NCBI RefSeq assembly: GCF_001457615.1 | Contig: NZ_LN831024.1 | Location: 330,001-362,000, forward strand | Length of the DNA stretch: 32,000 nucleotides | Direction of reading: 5' to 3' | Origin: Pseudomonas aeruginosa | GTDB lineage: Bacteria > Pseudomonadota > Gammaproteobacteria > Pseudomonadales > Pseudomonadaceae | In this document: one piece after another, positions 9,539 to 18,578 of the stretch | Layout of the letters: each line of letters starts with the position of its first letter | Numbering within the stretch: the stretch's first letter is position 1 | Made by a program: the position numbers and the translations under genes | The notes under the pieces: model-generated | Databases searched by the model: none | Seen by the model: only the letters and a program-made list of their open reading frames with translations | What the model was told of the DNA's origin: nothing

Positions 9539-10480
9539 ATGTCAGAAGCCTTCAACCCCGATTACCTGCGCCAGCACCTGCGACCCTTGGCCGCGGCCGA
9601 GGCGGACGCCGCCGTCCTCGCCTACCAGGCCTACTACGGCCTGGACCTGCGCTCCCGCCATCCGCGCCTGCAAGCGCGGCTCGGCAGCATGGCGGTCGAC
9701 GGGCGCCGCCTGGCGGTGCAGGCCTGGCTGCTGCCGGAAGCGCGCGGCAGCCTGTTGCTGATGCATGGCTATTACGACCACATGGGACTGTATCGGCACG
9801 TGGTCGACTGGGCGCTGGGCATGGGTTTCTCGGTGCTCGCCTGCGACCTGCCGGGGCATGGCCTGTCCGAAGGCGAGCGGGCCAGCATCCGCGACTTCGC
9901 CGAATACCAGGCGGTGTTCAAGGGCCTGCTGGGCCAGGCTGCCGAACTCGACCTGGCGGCGCCCTGGCACCTCTGCGGACAAAGCACCGGGGGGGCGATC
10001 CTGCTGGACTACCTGCTGCACGGCGGCGAACGTCCCGAGCTGGGCGAGACGATTCTCCTGGCGCCGCTGGTGCGCCCGCGCGCCTGGGGCTGGTCGAAGC
10101 TCAGCTACCGCCTGCTGAGCCCCTTCGTCGACTCGATCCCGCGGCGCTTCTCGGAGAACTCCAGCGATCCGCAGTTCCTCGACTTCCTCCGCGAGCACGA
10201 TCCGTTGCAGCCACGCACCCTGCCGACCGCCTGGGTCGGCGCGCTGACCCGCTGGGTGCCGCGCATCGAGCGGGCACCTCGGCGTGCCCTGAGCCCCCTG
10301 GTGGTGCAGGGCGAGTCCGACGAGACGGTGGACTGGCGCCATGGCCTGAAGGTGCTGCGGGAGAAATTCGACGAGCCGCGGATACTGTTGCTGGAAGAGG
10401 CGCGCCATCACCTGGCGAACGAAAGCGAGGGGCTGCGGCGGCGCTATTTCGATTTCCTGAGCGACGCGCTGGGGGCCTGA
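9539..10480 (+). CDS. Alpha/beta hydrolase (monoacylglycerol lipase / lysophospholipase-like)
   Basis: LLLMHGYYDHMGLYRHVVDWALGMGFSVLACDLPGHGLSEGERASIRDF and GQSTGG nucleophile elbow (HLCGQSTGGAILLDYLL). Confidence 0.9.
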   Translation: MSEAFNPDYLRQHLRPLAAAEADAAVLAYQAYYGLDLRSRHPRLQARLGSMAVDGRRLAVQAWLLPEARGSLLLMHGYYDHMGLYRHVVDWALGMGFSVLACDLPGHGLSEGERASIRDFAEYQAVFKGLLGQAAELDLAAPWHLCGQSTGGAILLDYLLHGGERPELGETILLAPLVRPRAWGWSKLSYRLLSPFVDSIPRRFSENSSDPQFLDFLREHDPLQPRTLPTAWVGALTRWVPRIERAPRRALSPLVVQGESDETVDWRHGLKVLREKFDEPRILLLEEARHHLANESEGLRRRYFDFLSDALGA

Positions 10481-10492
10481 GTTCCAGGCCCC
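10472..10492. terminator. Possible bidirectional terminator/hairpin ggggcctg-agttc-caggcccc
   Basis: 8-bp perfect stem, 5-nt loop, overlapping the end of the hydrolase gene and facing a convergent gene; no strong T-run. Confidence 0.5.
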
Positions 10493-10499
10493 GCGTCGA

Positions 10500-11252
10500 T
10501 CAGGGGGCGACCGCCTGGTCCACCGCCAGGCCGGCTTTCAGCGCGGCCAGGGCCGCCTGGTAGTAGCTGCGGCCGGCCGGCGACTCGGCGAAGTTCACGT
10601 ACTGGGTGAGTTCCGCATCGGAGAGATCGCGGTAGACATACAGCAGGGTGTTCTCCAGGTCCGCGCCGATCTGCTGCACCAGGCGCTGGCGCTGGCCTTC
10701 CAGCAACTGGCCGGTCTGTCCGCCGCCAAGCAGGCCGGGGAGGCCCGGAAGCATCTGGCTGAGGCTGTCGGCGGCGACCCCGGCCAGGGCCAGGCTGACT
10801 TCCGCGCCGGCCTCTCGGGCCGGAAGGACCTGGGCCAGGCGCTTGACCAGGGCCCGGCGTGGCTCGCTGGCGGTCTGCCGCGGCAGGCCGTTGCTGTGCT
10901 GGAGCAACTGGTCGCGGCGGGTGGCGAGCACCTCGGCGGCGACCACCTTGCGCCCCAGCGGCGACTCGAAGAAATTCAGCGGGCTGGCGCTGTCCGGCAG
11001 GTTCTCGCGCAGGCCGTTGAGGGCGCGCTGGTCGACTTCGGTCGGGGCGAAGCGGCGATTGCTGTTGTCCACCAGGGTCTGGTAGAGCGCGGGCGGCAGC
11101 TTGTCCTGGTAGCGCTTCTGCGCCGCGTCCAGGGCATCGCTGAAATGCGCGCGCTGGTCGGGCCAGCCAGCGGCCTGGTACAGGCGTTGATAAGGGTCGG
11201 CCAGGGCGGGCAGACCAACCAGCAGTAAAGCGAAGGCGAGCAAAGCGCGCAT
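10500..11252 (-). CDS. DUF2059-like exported hypothetical protein
   Basis: MRALLAFALLLVGLPALADPYQRLYQAAGWPDQ signal peptide; C-terminal DLSDAELTQYVNFAESPAGRSYYQAALAAL typical of DUF2059. Confidence 0.85.
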   Translation of the reverse strand: MRALLAFALLLVGLPALADPYQRLYQAAGWPDQRAHFSDALDAAQKRYQDKLPPALYQTLVDNSNRRFAPTEVDQRALNGLRENLPDSASPLNFFESPLGRKVVAAEVLATRRDQLLQHSNGLPRQTASEPRRALVKRLAQVLPAREAGAEVSLALAGVAADSLSQMLPGLPGLLGGGQTGQLLEGQRQRLVQQIGADLENTLLYVYRDLSDAELTQYVNFAESPAGRSYYQAALAALKAGLAVDQAVAP

Positions 11253-11369
11253 TGATACTCCTTTGGCGGCGAAAGCCTCGTCGTTCGGGTGGTGCCGTCC
11301 ATGGGGCGCTATTGTCGACATGCGGCGGACCGCTTGTCGAGACACCGGGGCGGCACGCTACAATGGACA

Positions 11370-11999
11370 ATGCACATCAACGTCAATCATCCACTCCTGC
11401 ATCGCATCGTCGATGAACTGGTCGACCAGGGCTGGTCGCACCAGAGCATCTTCATGCCTGAGCGTCTGACCACCAGATTGGCCGAAGAGTGCCGCACCCG
11501 TGCGGTCGCGGGCGACCTGACCCCGGCGGCGATCGGCCGCGGCGACGGCCAGGTGATCCGCGAAGGCATCCGCGGCGACCTCACGCAATGGCTGGAGCCC
11601 GGAGAATCCGAGGCCTGCGACGAATACCTGGGGGTGATGGACAGCTTGCGCCAGGCGCTCAACGCCTCGCTGTTCCTCGGCCTCGAGGATTTCGAGTGCC
11701 ACTTCGCGCTGTACCCGCCGGGCGCCTATTACCAGAAGCATGTCGATCGTTTCCGCGACGACGACGCACGCACCGTCTCCGCGGTTCTCTACCTCAACGA
11801 TGCCTGGTTGCCCGAGCATGGCGGCGCGCTGCGCCTGCACCTGCCGCAGCGGCAGGTGGACATCCAGCCGACGGGCGGTAGCCTGGTGGTGTTCATGTCC
11901 GCCGGCACCGAGCACGAAGTCCTGCCCGCCAGCCGCGACCGGCTGTCGCTGACCGGCTGGTTCCGCCGGCGCAACGAATCCCTCCTGCAACTTTCCTGA
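11370..11999 (+). CDS. 2OG-Fe(II) oxygenase family protein
   Basis: MHINVNHPLLHRIVDELVDQGWS...; YQKHVDRFRDDDARTVSAVLYLNDAWLPEHGGALRLH (HxD) ... GGSLVVFMSAGTEHEVLPASRDRLSLTGWFRR (H...R). Confidence 0.88.
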   Translation: MHINVNHPLLHRIVDELVDQGWSHQSIFMPERLTTRLAEECRTRAVAGDLTPAAIGRGDGQVIREGIRGDLTQWLEPGESEACDEYLGVMDSLRQALNASLFLGLEDFECHFALYPPGAYYQKHVDRFRDDDARTVSAVLYLNDAWLPEHGGALRLHLPQRQVDIQPTGGSLVVFMSAGTEHEVLPASRDRLSLTGWFRRRNESLLQLS

Positions 12000-12004
12000 A
12001 CCCT

Positions 12005-12021
12005 AGGCGGCGTCGCCGCCT
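12005..12021. terminator. Possible compact hairpin aggcggcg-t-cgccgcct between convergent genes
   Basis: 8-bp near-perfect palindrome between stops at 11999 and 12021. Confidence 0.4.
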
Positions 12022-12575
12022 CAGTGACCCCAGACCTTGATCGTGCCGCGCAGGTCGGTGATGTCGCGCAGTTCGATGCGGCCGATCGAGTTGTCGCCGA
12101 TGTACAGGTCGCTGGCCACCCGCAGGCGGATGCGCTGCGCCGGCAGGCCGCTGGCGATCAACTGGTCGTTGATGGTGGCGAGGTCCGGCAGGCTGATCGC
12201 CAGTTGCTGCCCGCCGCCGCTGCCGGTGGTCACGTCCAGTGCCAGGGTCGGCTGCTCGACGCCGAAGATCGGCAAGCTCAGGCCGAGCTGGGCGGCGCCC
12301 AGGGGGATGTTGCCTCCGCGCCCGTCCGGGCAGTCGCCGGCCTTCACGCAGCCGTTGTCGATCACCAGGTTGCGCAGCGAGAGGCTGCCGCCGTCGTCCA
12401 CCCAGGCGACCCTGGCCGCGCCGGCGCGCAGGTCCAGGCGCAGGCTGATGCCGGCCTGGCCGGTGACCTGGCTGAGACTGTCGTTGTCCAGGGCCTCCAT
12501 GGCCGCCTGGCTGGCAGCGCTGGCGAGCAACGCGGGGGCCAGGAAAAACGGTAGAAGCGAGCGGGTCGGGAGCAT
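12021..12575 (-). CDS. Exported hypothetical protein (FilA/DUF6160-like N-terminal motif)
   Basis: 184 aa; signal peptide then MEALDNDSLSQVTGQAGISLRLDLR; no catalytic motif seen. Confidence 0.78.
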   Translation of the reverse strand: MLPTRSLLPFFLAPALLASAASQAAMEALDNDSLSQVTGQAGISLRLDLRAGAARVAWVDDGGSLSLRNLVIDNGCVKAGDCPDGRGGNIPLGAAQLGLSLPIFGVEQPTLALDVTTGSGGGQQLAISLPDLATINDQLIASGLPAQRIRLRVASDLYIGDNSIGRIELRDITDLRGTIKVWGH

Positions 12576-12840
12576 GATGGGCGGGTCCTTCGCGGTTGCG
12601 CGGGAAGCCAGTCTGCTCGGGGCGGCGGAGGTTCGCCATGGGCCGCCCGCAGTTCTATCCTAAGGATCGGCAAGAAATAGCCCTGGTCCCCGCCATACGG
12701 GCGCTGGAGCGCTACCGCGAGGCCTAACTCCGGTTGGGTCGAGGGCGGGTTTCCCCGGTGCTTCCCGGCTACTGTTACCGGGCGTGACCATCGGCGAGCG
12801 GCGGGCTACTCTGTGTGCCTGTCAAAGGGGTGGAGCATCC

Positions 12841-13335
12841 ATGCAGAAGGTTCTGGTCAGCCGTTGCCTGCTGGGCCACCTGGTGCGCTACGACGGTGGC
12901 AGCCATGGCCCGTTCGACCTGCTCTCGCGCTGGCATGCGCAGGGGCGGATCGTCGCCCTTTGCCCGGAGGTCGCCGGAGGCCTGCCGACGCCCCGCCCGC
13001 CAGCGGAGATCCCCGGCGGCCAGGGCGGCGAAGTGCTGGACCGGCTGAACCGGGTCTTCACCGTCGACGGCGAGGATGTCAGCGAAGCATTCCTGCTGGG
13101 TGCGGAGGCGGCAGTGGAGCTGGTCCGCCGCCATGACATCCGGATGGCCGTGCTCAAGGCGCGCAGTCCTTCCTGCGGCAACCTGGAGAACTACGACGGG
13201 CGCTTCAACGGCAACCGGGTCGCCGGCGAGGGCGTTACCGCCGCCGCCCTCAAGCGCATGGGCGTGCTGGTATTCAACGAGGATGAACTGGACCGCGCCG
13301 CGGTCTGCCTGGCCGGCCTCGACGCCGGCGGCTGA
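12841..13335 (+). CDS. DUF523 family protein
   Basis: MQKVLVSRCLLGHLVRYDGGSH...FALCPEVAGGLPTPRPPAEI...MAVLKARSPSCG is the typical DUF523 pattern. ATG at 12841. Confidence 0.9.
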   Translation: MQKVLVSRCLLGHLVRYDGGSHGPFDLLSRWHAQGRIVALCPEVAGGLPTPRPPAEIPGGQGGEVLDRLNRVFTVDGEDVSEAFLLGAEAAVELVRRHDIRMAVLKARSPSCGNLENYDGRFNGNRVAGEGVTAAALKRMGVLVFNEDELDRAAVCLAGLDAGG

Positions 13336-13337
13336 AC

Positions 13338-14030
13338 TCAGCGCCGCAGCGGCGCGGTCAGGCGGTTCTCCAGGGCTTTCTGCACACGCTCGAAGAGTGC
13401 CGAAAGCAGCCAGTAGATCCCGGCGGCGGCGAGATAGAGCGGCAGCGGCTGGAAGGTCTCGGCGATGACCTCCTTGGTCGCCAGCATCAGTTCGGTCACG
13501 GTGATCACGGAGATCAGCGAGGTGTCCTTGATCAGGCTGATCAGGCTGTTCGACAGGCTCGGCACCGCCAGGCGCAGGGCCTGCGGGGTGATGATGTTCC
13601 ACAGGGTCTGGCCCCAGGTCAGGCCGACCGAGAGCCCGGCTTCCCATTGTCCCTTGTCGATGCCGAGGATCGCCCCGCGCATGGACTCCGAGAGATAGGC
13701 CGCGACATTCAGGGTCAGCGCCAGGATGCCCGCGGTGACCGGGGTGAACTCGATGCCTACGCTCGGCAGCCCGTAGTACAGGACGAAGATCTGCACCAGC
13801 AGTGGCGTCCCGCGGAAGGCGCTGACGTAGACCGCGGCGATCTGCGAGACCACCGGCACCTTGGTCACCCGGACCACCGCGACGCTGAAGCCGAGGATCA
13901 GGCCCAGGACCATCGATACCGCGGCGAACAGCACGGTATACATCGCGCCCTGGAGCAGGAAGGGCCAGGCCATCCCGAGCAGCTCGACCAGGTTGGCGAG
14001 CCATTCGAGCAATTTCTGCAGCGAATTCAT
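13338..14030 (-). CDS. Amino acid ABC transporter permease (HisM/TcyL-like)
   Basis: 230 aa; AAYLSESMRGAILGIDKGQWEAGLSVGLTWGQTLWNIITPQALRLAVPSLSNSLISLIKDTSL. Confidence 0.93.
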   Translation of the reverse strand: MNSLQKLLEWLANLVELLGMAWPFLLQGAMYTVLFAAVSMVLGLILGFSVAVVRVTKVPVVSQIAAVYVSAFRGTPLLVQIFVLYYGLPSVGIEFTPVTAGILALTLNVAAYLSESMRGAILGIDKGQWEAGLSVGLTWGQTLWNIITPQALRLAVPSLSNSLISLIKDTSLISVITVTELMLATKEVIAETFQPLPLYLAAAGIYWLLSALFERVQKALENRLTAPLRR

Positions 14031-14101
14031 TCAACACTCCATCGACAAACACGACGGCCGCGTCTCTCGGGCGCGGCCGCTTCCCCCGTTCGGGCGGGAA
14101 C

Positions 14102-14872
14102 TCACTTCGGCGGCTGGCTGACGTCCAGGCCGAACCACTTTTCCGAGAGCTTGGCGAAGCGGCCGTCGGCCTTGATCTTCTCCAGCGCCGCGTTCAGCGC
14201 CTCGCCGAACTTCGGATTGTTCTTCCGGTAGGGAATCGCCATGTTCGCCACCGGTCCCACCGCCGCGCCGGGCTTGACCGGCAGCTTGGCCTCGCGGATG
14301 GCGAAGGGGATCAGCAGGCGGTCGTTGAGCGCCGCGTCGATGCGTTTGCTGGCCAGGTCCTGCAGGTATTCCGGGGCGCCCGGATAGGTGCGCACGTTGA
14401 CGCCGGCCACCGACTTCGCCAGGTCGGCGTAGTTGGTGCCCTGGCCGACGCCGAGCTTGAGGCCCTTGAGGTCTTCCAGCGACTTGAACTGGCGGGTTTC
14501 GTCGGCGCGCACGATCAACTGGGCGCTGGAGATGGTGTATGGCTCGCTGAAGTCGAAGACCTTGCGCCGCTGCTCGTTCACCGAGACCTGGTTCAGCGCG
14601 ATGTCGTACTTGCCGCTCTGCAGGCCGGCGAGGATGCCGCTCCATTCGGTGGTGACGAATTCCGGCTTGACCGCCAGTTCGGCGGCCAGCAGTTCGCCCA
14701 GTTCGGTCTCGAAGCCGGTGAGCTTGCCGCCCTGCTTGAAGTTGAACGGCGGATAGGTGCCCTCCAGGGCGATGCGCAGGGCGCCGCGCTGGTGGACGTC
14801 GTCGAGCAGCTCGGCATGGGCCAGCGGAGCGGCCAGGGATACCAGCATCAGCAGGCGGGGCAGAAATCGCAT
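14102..14872 (-). CDS. Amino acid (probable cystine/cysteine) ABC transporter substrate-binding protein, FliY/TcyJ-like
   Basis: MRFLPRLLMLVSLAAPLAHAELLDDVHQRGALRIALEGTYPPFNFKQGGKLTGFETEL; directly upstream of the permease on the same strand. ATG 14872. Confidence 0.9.
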   Translation of the reverse strand: MRFLPRLLMLVSLAAPLAHAELLDDVHQRGALRIALEGTYPPFNFKQGGKLTGFETELGELLAAELAVKPEFVTTEWSGILAGLQSGKYDIALNQVSVNEQRRKVFDFSEPYTISSAQLIVRADETRQFKSLEDLKGLKLGVGQGTNYADLAKSVAGVNVRTYPGAPEYLQDLASKRIDAALNDRLLIPFAIREAKLPVKPGAAVGPVANMAIPYRKNNPKFGEALNAALEKIKADGRFAKLSEKWFGLDVSQPPK

Positions 14873-15164
14873 GTAGTACTCCTCGGGTGGGAATGAACGT
14901 CGGTCGGGCCTATGCTGTTCGTTCAGCTTAGCCGGGCCCGCGTCCTGGACAATCGCGAACCTACTGGGTTGCATGCGGTCTTTCCAGGGGTTGCGGGCAT
15001 TGACCCGGATTATGTGCGCGAGCGCCGCTCTAACACGGGCTTCGCAGTGGAAATCGCTGTGCCAGCGATGCCTTTCCCTGATTCGGAAGGCACGAAGAGT
15101 GCCGGGGAAATTCCGTCCAGTGGTGTTTCCCGGGTGCTAACGGAAGTGAAAACAGGAGACTCCC

Positions 15165-15602
15165 ATGAGAGTGACATTGCCTTGCCTCGGTCTAGCCGCC
15201 CTGATGTTCGGCGCATCCGCCAGCCTGATGGCTGCCGACCTGCCCCGGACGAAGGCGCCCGAAGGGGCGAAAGTGTATTTCATCACGCCGGCCGATGGTG
15301 CAACCGTCGACAAGACCTTCACCGTGAAATTCGGCCTGAAAGGCATGGGCGTGGCGCCGGCCGGCGTCGACATGCCGGATACCGGCCACCATCACCTGTT
15401 GGTGGACCTGAAGGAGCAGCCGGCGATGAACCTGCCGCTGCCGATGACCGACAACATCCGCCACTTCGGCAAGGGCCAGACCGAAACCGAGATCACCCTG
15501 CCGCCGGGCAAGCACACCCTGCAACTGCTGGTGGGCGACAAGAACCACGTGCCGCTGGAGCCGACCGTGGAGTCGGAGAAGATCACCGTTACCGTCAAGT
15601 GA
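15165..15602 (+). CDS. DUF4399-family exported protein
   Basis: MRVTLPCLGLAALMFGASASLMAADLPRTKAPEGAKVYFITPADGATVDKTFTVKFGLKGMGVAPAG...GHHHLLVD. Confidence 0.9.
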   Translation: MRVTLPCLGLAALMFGASASLMAADLPRTKAPEGAKVYFITPADGATVDKTFTVKFGLKGMGVAPAGVDMPDTGHHHLLVDLKEQPAMNLPLPMTDNIRHFGKGQTETEITLPPGKHTLQLLVGDKNHVPLEPTVESEKITVTVK

Positions 15603-15611
15603 CGGAAACGA

Positions 15612-15639
15612 AAAAAGGAGGCCGCTGGGCCTCCTTTTT
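15612..15639. terminator. Bidirectional rho-independent terminator between the DUF4399 gene and serA
   Basis: aaaaaggaggcc-gctg-ggcctccttttt, between convergent genes, with A-run and T-run. Confidence 0.92.
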
Positions 15640-15659
15640 CCTTTCCGCCGGACGCTGCC

Positions 15660-16889
15660 TTAGAACAGCACGCGGCTACGGATGGTACCGTTGACCTGCT
15701 GGAGTTTCTCCAGGGCCAGGTCCGAGTACTCGGCATCGACGTCGATCACTACGTAGCCGACCTTCTCGTTGGTTTGCAGGTACTGGCCGGAAACGTTGAT
15801 GCCGTTGTCGGCGAAGACCTTGTTGATCTCGCTCATCACGCCGGGGATGTTGGCGTGGATGTGCAGCAGGCGGTGCTTGCCCGGGTGCGACGGCAGGGCC
15901 ACTTCGGGGAAGTTGACTGAGGACACCGAGGTGCCGTTGTCGCTGTACTTGACCAGCTTCTCCGCCACTTCCAGGCCGATGTTGGCCTGTGCCTCGGCGG
16001 TGGAGCCGCCGATGTGCGGGGTCAGGATCACCCGGTCCAGGCCACGCAGCGGGCTGGCGAATTCCTCGTCGTTGGATTTCGGCTCGACCGGGAACACGTC
16101 GATGGCGGCGCCGATCAGGTGCTCGTCCTTGATCGCGGCGGCCAGGTGGTCCAACTCGACCACTGTGCCGCGCGCGGCGTTGATCAGGATGCCGCCCTTC
16201 TTCATCGCGCGGATTTCCTTCTCGCCGATCATCCACTGGGTGGAGGGCAGTTCGGGAACGTGCAGCGAGACGATGTCGGACATGCCCAGCAGCTCGTGCA
16301 GGCTGCCGATCTGCACCGCGTTGCCCAGCGGCAGCTTGGTCACGGTGTCGTAGAAGAACACCTGCATGCCCAGGGCCTCGGCGAGTACCGAGAGCTGGGT
16401 GCCGATCGAGCCGTAGCCGACGATGCCGAGCTTCTTGCCACGGATCTCGAAGGAATTCGCCGCGCTCTTGATCCAGCCGCCGCGATGGCAGGAGGCGTTC
16501 TTTTCCGGGATGCCGCGCAGCAGCAGGATCGCCTCGGCCAGTACCAGCTCAGCCACAGAGCGGGTGTTCGAGTAGGGCGCGTTGAACACGGCGATACCGC
16601 GTTCGCGGGCGGCGTTGAGGTCGACCTGGTTGGTGCCGATGCAGAAGCAGCCGACCGCGATCAGTTTCTTCGCGCAGTCGAAGACCTCTTCGGTCAGCTG
16701 GGTGCGGGAGCGAATGCCGATGAAGTGCGCATCGGCGATCCTTTCCTTCAGCTCGTCGCCGGAAAGCGCGGTCTTGAGGTACTCGATGTTGGTGTAGCCG
16801 GCGGCCTTCAGCGTGTCCACGGCGTTCTGGTGGACACCTTCGAGAAGAAGGAACTTGATCTTGCTCTTGTCGAGAGAGGTCTTGCTCAT
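15660..16889 (-). CDS. serA: D-3-phosphoglycerate dehydrogenase
   Basis: 409 aa; NAD-binding GIVGYGSIGTQLSVLAEALGMQVFFYD; LHVPELPSTQWMIG; C-terminal ACT domain LLHIHANIPGVMSEINKVFADNGINVSGQYLQT. Confidence 0.97.
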   Translation of the reverse strand: MSKTSLDKSKIKFLLLEGVHQNAVDTLKAAGYTNIEYLKTALSGDELKERIADAHFIGIRSRTQLTEEVFDCAKKLIAVGCFCIGTNQVDLNAARERGIAVFNAPYSNTRSVAELVLAEAILLLRGIPEKNASCHRGGWIKSAANSFEIRGKKLGIVGYGSIGTQLSVLAEALGMQVFFYDTVTKLPLGNAVQIGSLHELLGMSDIVSLHVPELPSTQWMIGEKEIRAMKKGGILINAARGTVVELDHLAAAIKDEHLIGAAIDVFPVEPKSNDEEFASPLRGLDRVILTPHIGGSTAEAQANIGLEVAEKLVKYSDNGTSVSSVNFPEVALPSHPGKHRLLHIHANIPGVMSEINKVFADNGINVSGQYLQTNEKVGYVVIDVDAEYSDLALEKLQQVNGTIRSRVLF

Positions 16890-17092
16890 CTGCGTAAACC
16901 TGTTGTCCCGGAGGAAGTGGCTGGAAAGCGAACTGCGCGAAGCGGGTCCGGCCGGCGCTGGCCGGCACCCGCAACTCGGCGCCCAGAGGCACTAAGCGCG
17001 GGGGGCGTATGCTAGCATGTTCTCCCTTTTCCTTGCCCGGTTGCGACCTGAGTTGTTCTCAGGACGACCATGAATCATTTGAGAGTTCCCGA

Positions 17093-18487
17093 ATGACCCG
17101 CGAAGCCCTGATCGAATCGCTCAAGCCCCTGGTCGAGCCTGGCAAGCTGCTCGACGACGCCGCCTCCCTGGACGCCTACGGCAAGGACTGGACCAAGCAT
17201 TTCGCCCCTGCGCCGCTGGCCATCGTGTTCCCCAAGAGCGTCGAGCAGGTCCAGGCGATCGTCCGCTGGGCCAACCAGCACAAGGTCGGTCTGGTCCCGT
17301 CGGGCGGTCGTACCGGGCTCTCCGCCGCGGCCGTGGCGGCCAACGGCGAAGTCGTGGTGGCCTTCGACTACATGAACCGGATACTCGACTTCAATGCCTT
17401 CGACCGCACCGTAGTCTGCCAGCCGGGCGTGGTTACCAAGCAACTGCAGACCTTCGCCGAGGAAAACGGCCTGTACTACCCGGTTGACTTCGCTTCTTCC
17501 GGTTCCAGCCAGATCGGCGGCAATATCGGCACCAATGCCGGCGGGATCAAGGTCATTCGCTACGGCATGACCCGTAACTGGGTGGCCGGGATGAAGGTCG
17601 TCACCGGCAAGGGCGACCTGCTCGAGCTGAACAAGGACCTGATCAAGAACGCCACCGGCTACGATATGCGCCAGCTGTTCATCGGCGCCGAAGGCACCCT
17701 GGGCTTCGTGGTCGAGGCGACCATGCGCCTGGAGCGCACGCCGAAGAACCTCACCGCTATGGTCCTCGGCACGCCCGACTTCGACTCGATCATGCCGGTG
17801 CTGCATGCCTTCCAGAGCAAGCTCGACCTGACCGCCTTCGAGTTCTTCTCCGACAAGGCCCTGGCCAAGGTCCTGGCCCGTGGCGACGTACCGCGGGCGT
17901 TCGAAACCGACTGCCCGTTCTACGCCCTGCTGGAGTTCGAGGCGACCACCGAGGAAGTCGCCAACGAGGCGCTGGCCACCTTCGAGCACTGCGTCGAGCA
18001 GGGCTGGGTGCTGGACGGGGTGATGAGCCAGAGCGAGCAGCAGTTGCAGAACCTGTGGAAGCTGCGCGAGTACATCTCCGAGACCATCTCCCACTGGACG
18101 CCGTACAAGAACGACATCTCGGTCACGGTTTCCCGGGTGCCCGCCTTCCTCAAGGACATCGACGCCATCGTCGAGGCCAACTACCCGGACTTCGAGGTGG
18201 TGTGGTTCGGCCACATCGGCGACGGCAACCTGCACCTGAACATCCTCAAGCCGGAAAACCTCGGCAAGGACGAGTTCTTCGCCAAGTGCGCGACCGTCAA
18301 CAAGTGGGTGTTCGAGACCGTCGAGAAGTACAACGGCTCGATTTCCGCCGAGCATGGCGTGGGCATGACCAAGCGCGACTACTTGACCTACACCCGCTCG
18401 GAAACCGAAATTGCCTATATGAAGGCACTGAGGGCGGTGTTCGACCCCAACGGGATCATGAATCCCGGCAAGATCTTCGCCGAGTAG
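17093..18487 (+). CDS. FAD-binding D-2-hydroxyglutarate dehydrogenase-type oxidoreductase (PA0317-like)
   Basis: 464 aa; VQAIVRWANQHKVGLVPSGGRTGLSAAAVAANGEVVVAFDYMN, GSSGSQIGGNIGTNAGGIKVIRYGMTRN; C-terminal GSISAEHGVGMTKRDYL...MKALRAVFDPNGIMNPGKIF. ATG at 17093. Confidence 0.93.
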   Translation: MTREALIESLKPLVEPGKLLDDAASLDAYGKDWTKHFAPAPLAIVFPKSVEQVQAIVRWANQHKVGLVPSGGRTGLSAAAVAANGEVVVAFDYMNRILDFNAFDRTVVCQPGVVTKQLQTFAEENGLYYPVDFASSGSSQIGGNIGTNAGGIKVIRYGMTRNWVAGMKVVTGKGDLLELNKDLIKNATGYDMRQLFIGAEGTLGFVVEATMRLERTPKNLTAMVLGTPDFDSIMPVLHAFQSKLDLTAFEFFSDKALAKVLARGDVPRAFETDCPFYALLEFEATTEEVANEALATFEHCVEQGWVLDGVMSQSEQQLQNLWKLREYISETISHWTPYKNDISVTVSRVPAFLKDIDAIVEANYPDFEVVWFGHIGDGNLHLNILKPENLGKDEFFAKCATVNKWVFETVEKYNGSISAEHGVGMTKRDYLTYTRSETEIAYMKALRAVFDPNGIMNPGKIFAE

Positions 18488-18504
18488 CAGGTGTCGCAAC
18501 GCAG

Positions 18505-18524
18505 AGGGCCGGTCATCCGGCCCT
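18505..18524 (+). terminator. Possible terminator hairpin agggccgg-tcat-ccggccct
   Basis: 8-bp perfect stem, 4-nt loop 17 nt downstream of the dehydrogenase stop, followed by tctcgtct. Confidence 0.6.
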
Positions 18525-18578
18525 TCTCGTCTGTGGCGGGCGCCACGGATGCCTTTCCACCCGTTCAGGAGTCGGTAA

